NCBI GenBank assembly: GCA_947624415.1
Contig: CANQKH010000005.1
Span: forward strand, 17,072-81,071
Direction: 5' to 3'
Length of the DNA: 64,000 nt
Source: an uncultured Clostridia bacterium
GTDB lineage: Bacteria > Bacillota > Clostridia > Christensenellales > UBA1242
Made by a program: the position numbers and the translations under genes. The number at the start of each line of letters is the position of its first letter. Positions within the stretch are counted from its first letter, which is position 1. Of this stretch, positions 45,701 to 50,802 are shown one piece after another. The notes under the pieces were generated by a model. The model did not search any database and was not told the origin of the DNA. It saw only the letters and a program-made list of their open reading frames with translations.

Positions 45701-45903
45701 TTTATACAAATCCTCCAACATCTCATAGTGGGCTGTTCTGGCACATTGGAAAAGAAGGAAACGTTAAAGAGGATAATAGCATATTAATCATTGTATTGCT
45801 TTCAATATCCATCCCAATTTTCATTCTCATAATAATCTTGATTATAATCTTGATTTTGAGAAAGAAGAAGAAAGATGAGCTTGACGACATCTCGAATCAA
45901 TAA
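24727..45903 (+). CDS. giant (7058 aa) membrane-anchored surface protein with GLUG-type, InlB B-repeat-like and YDG/MBG-like Ig modules
   Basis: N-terminal signal peptide, DIDLDG…WAPIG…FKGVFYGNGHKI…GLFG, repeated RxGYxFxGW…AxW units, ITKxFD/KxYDG units, C-terminal TM helix followed by RKKKK; RBS AGGAGG. Confidence 0.85.
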   Translation: MFRKMLKKCYLLVAILLMAGGIFCLLPSRLEDSLNFSNQSSAATISKGEKYGQSDVYIIHAGSTGAEELGEIAKSIGANESTYTSATFYLEGDIDLDGQFWAPIGTKENPFKGVFYGNGHKISNLLITEELSIDKSYLGLFGYIDGATIADLRIGGNNVFNVKTTPTSYGTMVGYAASSAIINCYEESVNKKLTVGDPDSSTDFTPVNMYSIGGGTSSIIYEGACYLGKFDENNENDKLAEIVDPESGTATKATNVTRDTEKTGISTGYVSTFTVDQPTWSATEDSYKGHSTTTLISGYYGFYKVVNGKAEEFYNPFKGDKTTGGTDVTTKGIRVLLKISEGKMVIDTSSPSKAGIFLKDNFIQRSEVNETNKADNEGKVFALKEGVKLTMPVVSSSEKAEMTEEASPILVNFDAKHGGETVNHKTIGKARTASTEQLVGETKSNTYPYDMSFLTYFSLYTGYVRRLGYDFAGIHKKGSSSNLDFNITVEETTKNEKLTTNADVPTDFLNQFPYACTGDVATGDKYEMGWTRNNDPRNFNIKLVMASDEGSNFSSNFDIVEDAIDLSVQDLPETPDKKENALALSSSKGRFKEYTISSDSVLTDDTFKFSITLQSGYRITLPTLIKVGDGEDAQYFPQPIENDTEFLLNGDVASKTSGIYPNFTGSSGEKEKYKKGTNYDVYSPTYIYGEWVNEKTTYKMVENVKTVDKPGFDTNSNIDKTYNFTIGNIVGAGGTVYLVVERDWLKVDVTPEQNTAVVGDDGNLKYTWSLLQSKAATAGSITEDGTNFFFYSYDGGFTPVPQDLQVSEDDKETEEDDDKFVRNISLSQPASGRIYLYLRRGEKPVVKLAMEEKYILGISNQTMSTSPQDDGARFTSTGSPNILKQTKAGVTSSAVGYFQVWIFNIEFSDVANGDYDKALNDNHKLTIVCGSLLTRVTANFYEIKNVTNEGETKIVTTLIENETDLAGLAVFVNPSNLETDQLPSTADDGLGSGNAKTVGLSDASEGTATDSIYVAKNTKFQAAYFKLKDEKTGSTSGEYNLTDDESYYTYWTGSKILVNATLNGDSSLNYTIDVYFKQRTYDVTIQYKIEDGVNEVEIKNNLNYLFDTAPTNYTDQAVGKFSDPISFTLGEIGRGVLSFKSASVSGSTDLSGPSLTSTIQQSGTSTEGGPGTVAGTSASDVDETPGKYDFDFTLGYYDTTITFTFVYKSVDFKISKLYYDGDTIDGAMTAIEKIFKFNFNDGAEGPSLSLVETSGVNGDKGSKISSISISSQYYLLKWYIKGTASVAVSGTGLDVFMSDQTALEAIAKEVGGTNALEVEFGGLMPYVGLRTVTVYYSVNPVSENDVLCADTAGNLLDGKDRKQKVGEISWNIKEGKANVLSDLSDEVFFNVGYILKGYSALAGTITWDETGKTYTLEIKDFARLFAGGAGAEFLGDEGTGLTAWSAFAVGATAEECSTDLAAIWEAITYKLQIDSQNDQQITVKLGSSISYSLPATTSSDYKLGFANYTIQYGEAGKEGSTTSKATGDKDEGYVVTGYKLYQSGDETNGKVVNSGEEYTITAQILYDILTNNSTYRFQENDATHPIIIKTLREPATYYLILAASPYYHYNWNDDSGIGEKITDESNSALNGAIRIKVKYKSLPTDLNALMQENATDSTAKKLEVVRDGYTCNGWVLANDDGTQQLNQALYTFKTEFDHQDVMIVPTWARDISKETVTSLISYEPSSEQDEAKKEVTYYMGYNKQVATGTIGGDNLGAGSNEPGDRGRSGTLLLNGEYIKSYKFDISFVSDDKTPITKQYSTTSKDGLTLADLSEGSGKYTVKFTIEVGEVLNLTPRVLETYTVSSEEITITLKKNVIKFIEYSLTSVYTGTSTFVVPDERYTKQNNFGSFLFEYSWDGKANAEAIGSVVGEVNYFVNPTIIGSGDDGSDYNVSVVNKTLRWKLNTDQIGALQNQEGSLYYFGANPNYSLIFENVFKGKNGVSGYFVNIENAVELQKAKFTISFPNGTGYAIPDVETLICDDFEPGRISYTGYDSEKIEFTYTLGKLTLKAAKSDGTLIASGQWRGNENHDLDSATFNVYDLIITGHESELDTNFEWNISTSSLFEFLDTSKALKFEYTVGYVVAREGKLQNAEKYKDQINKISIDTIKVNDVEYEIVDPNQGTVYFENREQLGTSRRAYLIYYYDNVNNKLIIYIDTDLLNGTGSITKVGLSYNLNLSNENSDALVLLGNAPVDSSADIENLVETSNNSGYTFTISPLAEYDKVNYKMLLSDAVKVSLDFNKGWEVKEGENRSKAEFYVSVDGPYTISVPQYGYDGITFKTFDLQANSRIKFDSSSESGGYVFTSTKGGPAENVTARWSFNSIVVTPKGSPIPIEKYASKTAITIDLTEMVDFSLPAQGLITSQSYQLQRDGQTFDATSSFTGGILGSGLITFSLFERNNKNFATTDLTGDYKLIITIKFHDGEEQSQTVNFDVHITIKINQIDVNITDDTKRLEYNNTGNRQEDIKLAFMLNGGADKEKDSLLSALKTTDNQSSIYNVYWTCAKSLKDVDNYTIKFIIESQYQKIFQFTTGEFEKEVSFEIYQFTIKLGEEQYYVQINFSKSFGENDPLFEKEIEVFTKTKDKVTLRFSRADTSDEIGEYALEFIAITSDNSDNYRVDTTGFDATSNSKFKINKPSGGLKIEILDHNLNYIYNGKTLSTISATYLGEDLYKLSGVIDGTDQEVETTFKLYFGNKISIPDNVRASYAEHLKFTVTPKKVVGKYEISVEITGTVHGQDQSLAETWGGVSFVNSDGVTDKTKAYVEVTKRDLYITGITKVFDGNNNISYNTASEDECNCTITFRTGDNEGLVTIEGVVDKVIISGRIPGENTHRVGTYSLDSKSVGTSGIYINAGADDLGGCYTLKIDSAEAKVTPSSKKVTISGEQELDYGSIVDSGDGTGIYTSQEALEKLLSVLKLNYSSEGFGTDGKINKESFTVTKVVISDAAYSTGHYLKVKEENEGKYSITITVISPDFFLDGENAEEQYESSQTIEVLINKVKLTISNSPNNNISKDYDGNVSLPEIEREFGEDASPFIASGLLKGDRLYVNEGHFVSPLIGEQEIEITLDVNDDHANYDITYNDLHGTIRAIILYFNKDVHEDEFVKDNENVVGKEGQIVVEFKDNSVPNLIDNILKTVLTRKGYTHEGYSYNGNSIADIKNNGDLSAAFLQAAVDAGKEGLDLYVVWSRNELIVTIETYDTNTKERSHTEISWTGSTSRDPENPITEKGDNKITITALYFDSFDDIKLNVGSGYKIKNIPTEYMKKIEGVFDKEGEGTRIGRFSLSNVQGTHNNETGKEEFTVKIEIVEFEIKVVLNENNTDSKFELQAIEGAWKDKTRTLTYSQWTEAANDLPETLYSKGYLWAFAGWELKGVASVGDNVWARINGDELTTDTEIFTFDATWELGEFKLKITTSHTTDIKVVVDDTTLERQTAAEGDYYIIHFTESPVISIKGEEFYRNNYTKACVTGKNNGVSDTMGRDGNYDVITVTSIEGDITVNIDYVEAQITIKTKANARDGSVLVSPINGSEKESSVIKAIYQIGLGTMNLNDFFTSQSSIKTDRYLCTTGTYTQIGWKYVNADGIEQEKLYDINTDVIDIKELIRELLGTSGEYHPNKDDSITLNAVFQGDMYEVTFVIGQELIDAYNCAFVEGGGTSTTKSIRYGDILKDTDIPVFAPANFEFIWAIQDDSSIETFAANKPFISTSFISADHVMTLTAKKGIANYQIKFEINNHSADQEVKVFLADGTDITNSAVPVMNGETITFTFTLPVGYTINQDTINAQGFKFEVDNSRNIQAHEETFKIIKADAESEQPEITIYIEVIAKEYKIKFKVTPDYETVNKKGNADPIEETTIHYDELGNDVFGDSNITYTRGGYRIGKLVTAKGELFATYISETEIDYSGSKFFTNKNERWVYTNDAAEDVEVYIVWHLDDADYINVIPTPVNGHYYNEGEQVIATSRLEIDGSTAAFNEILKNGETITDVYYVIEDGRPISVKEVADFALNYINAIKKSITVNITIQDSSYLRDDHGSVRTVTVTFDVELKPAVIIVKGANIVGYYTGSSYYWPVAENNYGELYYYDADLASETWHKVTYINKIDKVEFVDEREVDLMEKYCVGTNYKLKYFFTTLPDFKLSNYNGFVDNKDGKYTYTTDEMLEEGDNNYKVFGTIQEAQIVLTFQESGYFNGLTQRVQDPQMEILGGSDEFSVTNLVVTTKSTGLDTYNQTTQFTFGWTLTRTVAGMEAIEASEEFKSKNFKFVFSPDTYYSIITTDNAYKVTFGVQYFDVEELALQDVTTGDYIKIDSFQYDANDVEDAGKYSKFGETFNYFDKGVLIMTVTGNGQGEFYVWITKGKSVTFNLSAVKVELQVLKWNWKNEYSDTPEQLRSLLEKLNAESLSKSTMDLTVEPAVAERNYVAVLTDYIAVRLRYKDSDKEATEESNEKYVYIRTNNEISIPNALEWVGFDFKGWDVEGSGLELRTDTIYCPFEHDLKAVNIYAKYEISEPDVEGIGDEKWVFQAHLAKSGDDSFENIKFSSIWKDGKIKNRNDDSISYYFNIYKGEELITVLGDESFNLPANTTSNGKYRMNIRLERSGAIVYKQVEKDVYFTIEVTKLTMVAPEAKNLVTDSTDLVFTYKNEAFDDKIEFEFNCLGIENTTFDKLHNLETSSYYFKLGGKSETEIKLAGEYTLMLVLDETIFDNEKLDGGDYCFAYTVNVNKAILPINEEDIIALNVADKFYGAADPVFENLSKQINNEEVYFSLTREKGESRGLYPFHGESLNDNYNIQLSEGLSFEIKELDATLIIRTKDNKKLNKTYDKETTEFILEYSNRIWTIKLGFVSAELELAYKTDDSDEEHELTIGTDMYAHALEKIHAFDSYDVLYVYGPSYDADEYSGPESILYDGEGAFKDYQFIIDYEITQRELQIKSITKEFDRSPIIDIGIGSVEYLNRVEGDDVYIYGQFSTAHAGTGIPVVMEGENRLELRGETAKNYKLASSYSGTITQHAIIGEVSLTLKYTSYEYATIYEEMDLNVIKLDEMFSGIELFIEGIGSDLVNGFVTLEGIAIDEENLSVGAGYLKVGKEMPIRVIFATNDLIGLSANGYEVKIEITPRELDLKDEITIIKKYDGTKVVKNIDKTINSSLLPSKGNGKFDDVFIDVEKCEYDNYELGTWDVNIVLGGEDAANYLPLKVKGSIVKHKINVYVNQIEENETLVPGGKFVDGIKMPERELKFELSYPLSEEFDLNDIAFPRRDGYRAVKWMYQDEMGTFKPFADDIDTVLDRVALASGEGDGELTLYIQWEIIKYELKISVDDVPDYRNYTVTSTTGKGVEGDSENGYKLEYYTSVEIAFEADKGYVINTIAATKLNAVDKNIEANFNTRCNATLTNITGENALRLTFTPIKVEFVLDPNIPVLGDYPNNIKEKLVRKDHEATTFKVDYQALADTILPQLQVTDGTYVLSGYNYIFDGEYPLDMGLDKLIEKCYPDISSDVTIELKAQWKGVRYQIKFDPTEGDFNGKPDTIEAYFGESLPTLPIPERAGMEVIRWNCADGMSYNTDNLLVSIGNPAISEGQSTPEYYTLILTAEWEYIPHQITINFDDNIKIYLNGELLEQGKPYVHTLKYNDALRLIIEPEAGYSFKYTKNSDFVVDVMNNDVEITKVAEDCEITFNVTPKPYELYFYHDGRVSNYEIYIYQADGDNLLETEEKLIRKVENSPHEQVFTGQFVVVKFTGSRGYVFDNKDKNIDFTGGNRKLMLETQLEGADGKVLKCIVSNFGQITADQASLTVRTVPGNVHITYKGLSQLDTLNFNSKRQDLSNKEVGEFDIEAGSTLEISGTLSFGYTEFNFTTSDNEIIIVTIENNYNADHNVFVFYAKLQNYFEDFTIEFKSKPRIFEFSLSSQSPSLGKVSEGIERQQVEYGGTLKLGQEELDRAYEFAGWFIGDTRICEISNCELVLGVDLRSTQLSNEDENGIINIEVRYQVKIVDEQFSVVGRGSITITRENDSDSLDVLSGEQTIWKIVQGQNIYIQLNPNEGYILDTLLIDGTLKTPSDYGYDETNKRLQIFIDWYNPVESIQISFKAGQATIIVQAVTSISNTRIPGTTAGGKIFITDENGNKLPEDVYKPYNNDLIIGGNYSIDSYTDVILYFIIEAKEGFTPNIITTQGVTVSGLVKNGILVYTVFGLKNNSIIQAVFTAKENTVNIHFEVEGQKEQAVAGRVLVDTSSNLIKSNPRNGYYADVGIITGENLVFNLYLYPSFVFDTEDSVVKYHIIYGGSDEFAEGSIKVSDVKPCSIETTGFSSMITFTVENVTTDAEIIFYVLPKEFSIKFKVLDDSPEIVMSKKIIYGQQWSLNNLPADEKGRILATRPNFSFVGYFTKPLGNGTLVIDRYGEVQDIWRFSGYSSNGAGVYVADDNYDPNHDTFTLYAAWTYDTADIQIQFVPQSIVVDRTNYSIESVITNLREADAWIGQESKWAARIAVGSRLNISAINFEGYVFDKFTLQFGNSEGVVKPANFTLELEMGVYILTAYYRPTITIKIVNTNNDLADGGTGYARQNGNNVENSYDPEALLSIVAKANEGYNFIKWQILRNGIYVDLDGKGELNASGEYVYNFQSVMNESITLIAYFEGKTIALKFDDSEIQGYHQIVSKKLNGVELLTNEITAYVGDVFTVVINKIPGYNINIENTGLTVLSISQDGSFALYTLECKLTYDVLEKVDENSYKKVIKIGLLKEELTFNFTYTVLDPVDDAENSRGGFVNIVNVNNNLIQIDNNGLYKNKYGENFAINVVRNSNYRLVNINLRRMIEGIGMQGYDITAYMDENNQIIFNKSLMDRFFAYQIYIDITFQRLQWDDEEIIGSLYSIVEDEDESYVVADLTGSGTEEDPYIISSATEFALMSYLVNNGYVNYVGEKYSEAYYMVINNIDFEGRFWIPIGSEENPFEGFIDLGKCDFYNIEHIKIYTNPPTSHSGLFWHIGKEGNVKEDNSILIIVLLSISIPIFILIIILIIILILRKKKKDELDDISNQ

Positions 45904-45941
45904 AAACGGTTAGAAAATTCTATCGTAATTTGTTTACAAAA

Positions 45942-45973
45942 AAGAGGTTCAACATTTTAAAGTTGAACCTCTT
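45942..45973 (+). terminator. intrinsic terminator
   Basis: AAGAGGTTCAAC-ATTTTAAA-GTTGAACCTCTT perfect 12-bp stem. Confidence 0.85.
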
Positions 45974-46111
45974 CTTGTATTCAAATGAAAATTTAGAAAA
46001 AATATAAGTAAAAATCATGTTTTTTGTTAAAATTTCATTAAATTTTCATAAAATTTATAAAATTATTAATAAATTATATTAAAAACATTTGAAAAATATT
46101 TTTGCGTTTTT

Positions 46112-46141
46112 GTTATATTTGGATAAAATTCCTCATAGATT
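46112..46141 (+). promoter_or_regulatory. sigma-E-type promoter of spoIVA
   Basis: ATA-16 nt-CATAGATT matches the mother-cell sigma-E consensus; spoIVA is a known sigma-E gene. Confidence 0.6.
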
Positions 46142-46163
46142 ATCTTGTCGCATGGAGGATAAA

Positions 46164-47639
46164 ATGGAAAAATTTGAAATTTATGAAGATATTAAATCAC
46201 GCACTAATGGCGACATATATATTGGTGTTGTTGGTCCGGTTAGGGTGGGCAAGTCTACTTTCATAACTCAGTTTATGCAAAAACTTGTCGTGCCTAATAT
46301 TGAGGAAAAATTTGATAAGGAAAGGACGATTGACGAACTTCCTCAGTCAGCGGATGGCAAAACTATTATGACCACTCAACCACACTTTGTTCCAAACGAA
46401 GCGATAAAGATTAAAGTTGGGAATGCTGAAATGAAGGTTCGCATGATAGATTGTGTGGGGTATGTCGTAAGTGGTGTCATGGGGCATACAGAAGGAGACA
46501 AACCAAGACTTGTTAAAACCCCATGGTCTGAAGATGAAATGCCTTTTGAAGAAGCCGCAGAACTTGGCACCGATAAAGTCATTAAGGAACACTCAACAAT
46601 TGGAATAGTTGTTACAACTGACGGCTCAGTAACTGACATTTCACGTAGCAATTATGTGGATGCTGAAGAGAGGATAATTTCTCAAATGAAAGTTACAGGC
46701 AAACCTTTTGTCATTGTTTTAAATTGCAAAAATCCAAACACAAACGAAAGCAAGAAACTTGCAAACGCATTGCTTGCCAAATATGAAGTTCCGGTAATTC
46801 CTATGAATGCACTAGAAATGAAAGAGGAGGATATTGATAAAATAATAGAAAGTGTTCTAATGGAATTTCCTGTTACATCAATAAAGGTGTCAATGCCTGA
46901 GTGGCTTCGTGCACTTGATTATGACAGTGATATAATAAGTGAAATTTCACAGGAAATGAGAAAGATAAGTGCAAATCTAAACAAACTTTCAGACGCAAAC
47001 AAAAATCAAATTGCTTTTGCAGAAAGTGCATCATTTGAACCAATAACTGTTTCAACAGTTGATGCGGGAGATGGCACAATTCACTTTAACATTATTCCAA
47101 AAGAGGGACTTTTCTATCAAGTTCTTTCTCAGCAGTGTGGCTATACAATTGCTGACGATTTCCAACTTGTTTCTTGTATAAAAGAGATGGCATATGCAAA
47201 ACAAGAATATGACAAAATTAAAGGAGCACTTGAAGAGGTTAAGCAAACGGGATATGGAGTTGTAGAGCCAAAGCGTGAGGACATGGAATTGGGTGAGCCT
47301 GAAATAATCAAGCAGGGCAATAGATATGGCGTAAAGATAAGGGCGTCAGCACCAAGTCTTCATATAATTCGCGTTGATGTTGAAACTGAAGTTACTCCAA
47401 TAGTTGGCAATGAGGAGCAAAGTCAAGATTTGGCAAAAAATCTTGTTGAGCAATTTGGCTATGACCCACAATCAATTTGGGATACAAACATACTAGGCAA
47501 AAGTTTGTATAGTTTGGTTGGGGACAGCATAAATTCAAAAATTGTTTTAATGCCAGTAGAAGCACAAAGGAAGATGCGAAAAACATTAACAAGAATAGTA
47601 AATGAAGGAAAAGGTGGTGTTCTTTGCATATTGCTTTAA
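46164..47639 (+). CDS. spoIVA: stage IV sporulation protein A
   Basis: IYEDIKSRTNGDIYIGVVGPVRVGKSTFI, DELPQS, TTDGS, RIVNEGKGGVLCILL; 491 aa from ATG 46164. Confidence 0.97.
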   Translation: MEKFEIYEDIKSRTNGDIYIGVVGPVRVGKSTFITQFMQKLVVPNIEEKFDKERTIDELPQSADGKTIMTTQPHFVPNEAIKIKVGNAEMKVRMIDCVGYVVSGVMGHTEGDKPRLVKTPWSEDEMPFEEAAELGTDKVIKEHSTIGIVVTTDGSVTDISRSNYVDAEERIISQMKVTGKPFVIVLNCKNPNTNESKKLANALLAKYEVPVIPMNALEMKEEDIDKIIESVLMEFPVTSIKVSMPEWLRALDYDSDIISEISQEMRKISANLNKLSDANKNQIAFAESASFEPITVSTVDAGDGTIHFNIIPKEGLFYQVLSQQCGYTIADDFQLVSCIKEMAYAKQEYDKIKGALEEVKQTGYGVVEPKREDMELGEPEIIKQGNRYGVKIRASAPSLHIIRVDVETEVTPIVGNEEQSQDLAKNLVEQFGYDPQSIWDTNILGKSLYSLVGDSINSKIVLMPVEAQRKMRKTLTRIVNEGKGGVLCILL

Positions 47640-47652
47640 GATTTAATTAATT

Positions 47653-47686
47653 AAAAGTGTCAGCCGAAAGGTGTGGCACTTTTTTT
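47653..47686 (+). terminator. intrinsic terminator
   Basis: AAAAGTGTCA…TGGCACTTTTTTT. Confidence 0.75.
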
Positions 47687-47745
47687 GTAACTCAATAATA
47701 GCGATGAGTTTACATAATGTTTTTCTTAAAAATTTTCACATCGAA

Positions 47746-47862
47746 AATTTTACAAAAAATCGCAATATTTTTGTAAAATTTACATTTTTATGACTGAAAA
47801 AGTAAAAATTTTGCAAAAAGATCGTCAAAACGCTTTACAAATTTGTAAAATGATTGTATAGT
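47746..47862 (+). promoter_or_regulatory. promoter of the defence operon with TTTACAAA/TTTGTAAA operator-like inverted repeats
   Basis: TTTACA-17 nt-TATAGT at 47834-47862, with the perfect palindrome TTTACAAATTTGTAAA over the -35 box. A second inverted repeat AATTTTACAAAAA…TTTTTGTAAAATT lies at about 47746-47781. Confidence 0.65.
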
Positions 47863-47886
47863 ATAATTGACATGGAGGAGAGAACT

Positions 47887-48582
47887 ATGGAAATCAAAAA
47901 AAATTTAAAAGCACTTGATATAAAAATTTCCAGACTTGCTACTGATTTGGGGGTTTCAAGACCAACACTTGATGCTTATATAGAGTATTATGAAAAAGGT
48001 CAACCCATACCTAATGAGGGATATCAAAAGATATTTGAATATTTATTTTCTGGAGAAGAGATGTCTTCCATTGAATTTGCTCAAAAATATGATTATGTCA
48101 AAAGAATAATGCTTGCAGATGCGAGAAGTGGGGCAGAGAAAATAATCCATGAAGAAAGAGCGACAAGACTACACGACAATATAAAACAGGCACTTGATAC
48201 AGGAACAATAGATAGTCATTTAGTAGAATTTATAAATTTATTTATAAACAACAGGAACAATGAATTGGTAAAAAATATTTATATGTATTTTAATTATGCA
48301 AATGGATTTGCTGATTTAAGCCAAAGAGAGGTTGAACTGAAAGAAAAAGCACTTTATTCTCAACTTGCCAAACTATTTTCTAATTATAACAATGATTCAA
48401 TTGAATGTTTAGATGAATATTATAATCGACTTTTAGACAAAAATAAACAACTAATTGAGGCAAAAAAGATAAAAGTCAATGACACAGCAATAGTGGAATA
48501 TATAAAAAGTCAATTAAATGCGTCAAATGAATTGGATATTGAAAAAATAAGGCAATTAATAGAATCAAGGGAGGATAAATAA
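47887..48582 (+). CDS. N-terminal HTH (XRE-like) regulator heading the defence operon
   Basis: KISRLATDLGVSRPTLDAYIEYYE; RBS GGAGGAG before ATG 47887. Confidence 0.7.
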   Translation: MEIKKNLKALDIKISRLATDLGVSRPTLDAYIEYYEKGQPIPNEGYQKIFEYLFSGEEMSSIEFAQKYDYVKRIMLADARSGAEKIIHEERATRLHDNIKQALDTGTIDSHLVEFINLFINNRNNELVKNIYMYFNYANGFADLSQREVELKEKALYSQLAKLFSNYNNDSIECLDEYYNRLLDKNKQLIEAKKIKVNDTAIVEYIKSQLNASNELDIEKIRQLIESREDK

Positions 48583-49278
48583 ATGTTAATAAATGATTTC
48601 ATTGAAAAGGAAGGAAGGTCATTGCCAGTTTTTATATTAATAGATGTGAGTGGCAGTATGAGCGGAGAAAAAATTGAGACAGTCAATATTGCTCTTAAAG
48701 AAATGCTTAACAGTTTAAAGAAAATAGAAAATCCAAAGGGAATTATAGAGATATGTTTAATAACCTTTGGTGATGGGCAAGTCAAGATTATTAAAAACCT
48801 TTCACAGATAAATGACGATGATGTATACACATTGAATGCTGGTGGAAACACTCCAATGGGGAAGGCGTTTGAAAAGGTTGCAGAAATGATTGAAGATAGA
48901 GACATTGTTTCTTCGAGGTCATACACTCCAACAATAGTGTTAATTAGCGATGGCAATCCTACAGATTTTTATAATAACAGAAATAGTATTGAAGATATAA
49001 TGACTTGGGAGCCTATGATGAAAATTCATGGTGGAGAAAGAACTTCAAAGGCCATTAAACTTGCAATGGGGATTGGAAACGATGTTGATTTAAACATTTT
49101 AAAAGCATTTATTAACAACAGTGAAATTCCTGTAATTTCAGCAAAAAATAATAATACAATTTCCAAGTTCTTTGAGTGGGTTACAATGTCGGTAAGCGTG
49201 CGTTCAGTTAGTGTAAATCCAAATCAGTTAATGCTTGAAGATGTAAATTTCTTTGATAAGGAGGATATAACATTTTAA
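48583..49278 (+). CDS. TerY-like vWA domain protein
   Basis: RSLPVFILIDVSGSM (MIDAS DxSxS), AGGNTPMG, LISDGNPTD, FFEWVTMSV. Confidence 0.85.
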   Translation: MLINDFIEKEGRSLPVFILIDVSGSMSGEKIETVNIALKEMLNSLKKIENPKGIIEICLITFGDGQVKIIKNLSQINDDDVYTLNAGGNTPMGKAFEKVAEMIEDRDIVSSRSYTPTIVLISDGNPTDFYNNRNSIEDIMTWEPMMKIHGGERTSKAIKLAMGIGNDVDLNILKAFINNSEIPVISAKNNNTISKFFEWVTMSVSVRSVSVNPNQLMLEDVNFFDKEDITF

Positions 49279-50801
49279 TGGCAAGGGAAGGAGAAAAGGT
49301 TTTTATTAATGGCTATGAATATACACTTGGCGAAAGAATTGGTGGCGGCTTGGAAGGAAGCATATTTAACATTGTTGAAAGACCTAGTTATGTTATAAAG
49401 ATTTTAAATGAAAAAGGCATGGATAGTTTGCAGAAGAAGGAGGTTTACAATCATCTTAGGTGGTTAAAGGAATTAGGTAAAAGAAATGAAAACCTCAATT
49501 CATATATGACATTACCAATAGAGGTTTTGGATGATAATTTAGGATATGTCATGCTTAATGCTTACGAGCATGATAAATTGATGAGTTATATAACACCACC
49601 CAAAAGAGAGGAGTTTGATAATTGGTATAAAAATGAATACACATTTAAAAAGAGATATCAAATTATAATATGTATTTTCGATGCTTTAAGGAAGGTTCAT
49701 TTGGCGGGCTTATTGTTTACAGATTTGTCGCCAAACAATATAATGGTTCATAAAACAAAAAATCAAATTGCCTTTATTGATACTGATAATATAAGGAGAA
49801 GGACGGATGTGTATGCGAGGGTGTTGGGGACAGATGGTTACATGGCACCTGAAGTTTACAGAACGCCAGATGCCAAATTGGCACAAGAAAACAATGTTGA
49901 CCCTAAAATATTGTCAAATTGTGGCAAGTTGTCGGCAGAGAGCGATATATTTTCAGCGGCTATAATTGCTTTTCAACTGTTAACTCTTCAACATCCATTT
50001 ATAGGTGATGAGGTTGACAGTGGAAGTGCTGAGGATGAGGAAAGGGCATTACATATAAAAACAGATTATATATTTAAAGAGGGGACAACTAATAGGTCAA
50101 CACATTATTTGACGCCAATATTTGAACAAATAACAACCAAAGAAATAAGGGGCTTGTTTTACAGGACATTTGTAACGGGATTAGACAAGCCTGCATTAAG
50201 GCCAACAGCACAAGAGTTTTTGGAGGGATTTTTAAAGGCATATGAAACAATTGTAACTTGTGAAAAGTGTGGTTTTTCAATGTTATATTCCCTAAATGAT
50301 GAAAATAATTGTGTAAATTGTGGTTCGCATATTGATAAACAGGTTTTTGCCATTATATATTATAAATTTAAAGATTTAACACGAGAGGAAGTAATAAATA
50401 ATATTGGCAATTATCCTCAGTATGATATTTCTATGGAAAATTTAAGGGCTACAGGAGGCAATCAATTTCCGCCAAACACATTGGATATCAACAGAATTAT
50501 TCTTGACAGCCATGAGTATAAATATCTTTATTCACGACATTTTGAAAAAAATGCGGAGAGGAATAAAAAGGTGTTATGTCTTTCATTATCTCCCTATGGC
50601 GATTCTGTTGGTGTTGTAATTATCAATAAGGCATTTGATTCTCCATTTTTAGTAGAAAAAACAACTGGGAAAATGATTCCTTTAAAACTTGACACTTTAA
50701 AATTCGAGCAGTTCAAATGGGCAAGATATGAAATATTACTTGAAAATAAAAAGCATGGGAATGGTTTTATTCAAACAATGTGCAGGTTTGAGAGGTTGTG
50801 A
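49278..50801 (+). CDS. Ser/Thr/Tyr protein kinase with Zn ribbon (TerY-P kinase)
   Basis: IGGGLEG, VIK, DLSPNNI, FIDTDN, GTDGYMAPE, SDIFS; CEKC…CVNC. Confidence 0.85.
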   Translation: MAREGEKVFINGYEYTLGERIGGGLEGSIFNIVERPSYVIKILNEKGMDSLQKKEVYNHLRWLKELGKRNENLNSYMTLPIEVLDDNLGYVMLNAYEHDKLMSYITPPKREEFDNWYKNEYTFKKRYQIIICIFDALRKVHLAGLLFTDLSPNNIMVHKTKNQIAFIDTDNIRRRTDVYARVLGTDGYMAPEVYRTPDAKLAQENNVDPKILSNCGKLSAESDIFSAAIIAFQLLTLQHPFIGDEVDSGSAEDEERALHIKTDYIFKEGTTNRSTHYLTPIFEQITTKEIRGLFYRTFVTGLDKPALRPTAQEFLEGFLKAYETIVTCEKCGFSMLYSLNDENNCVNCGSHIDKQVFAIIYYKFKDLTREEVINNIGNYPQYDISMENLRATGGNQFPPNTLDINRIILDSHEYKYLYSRHFEKNAERNKKVLCLSLSPYGDSVGVVIINKAFDSPFLVEKTTGKMIPLKLDTLKFEQFKWARYEILLENKKHGNGFIQTMCRFERL

Positions 50802-50802
50802 T

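Noticed and set aside
46220-46260. SpoIVA Walker A reads GPVRVGKST rather than GPVRTGKST
   Set aside because: The change is at a variable P-loop position and GKS is intact; no reason to infer altered function.
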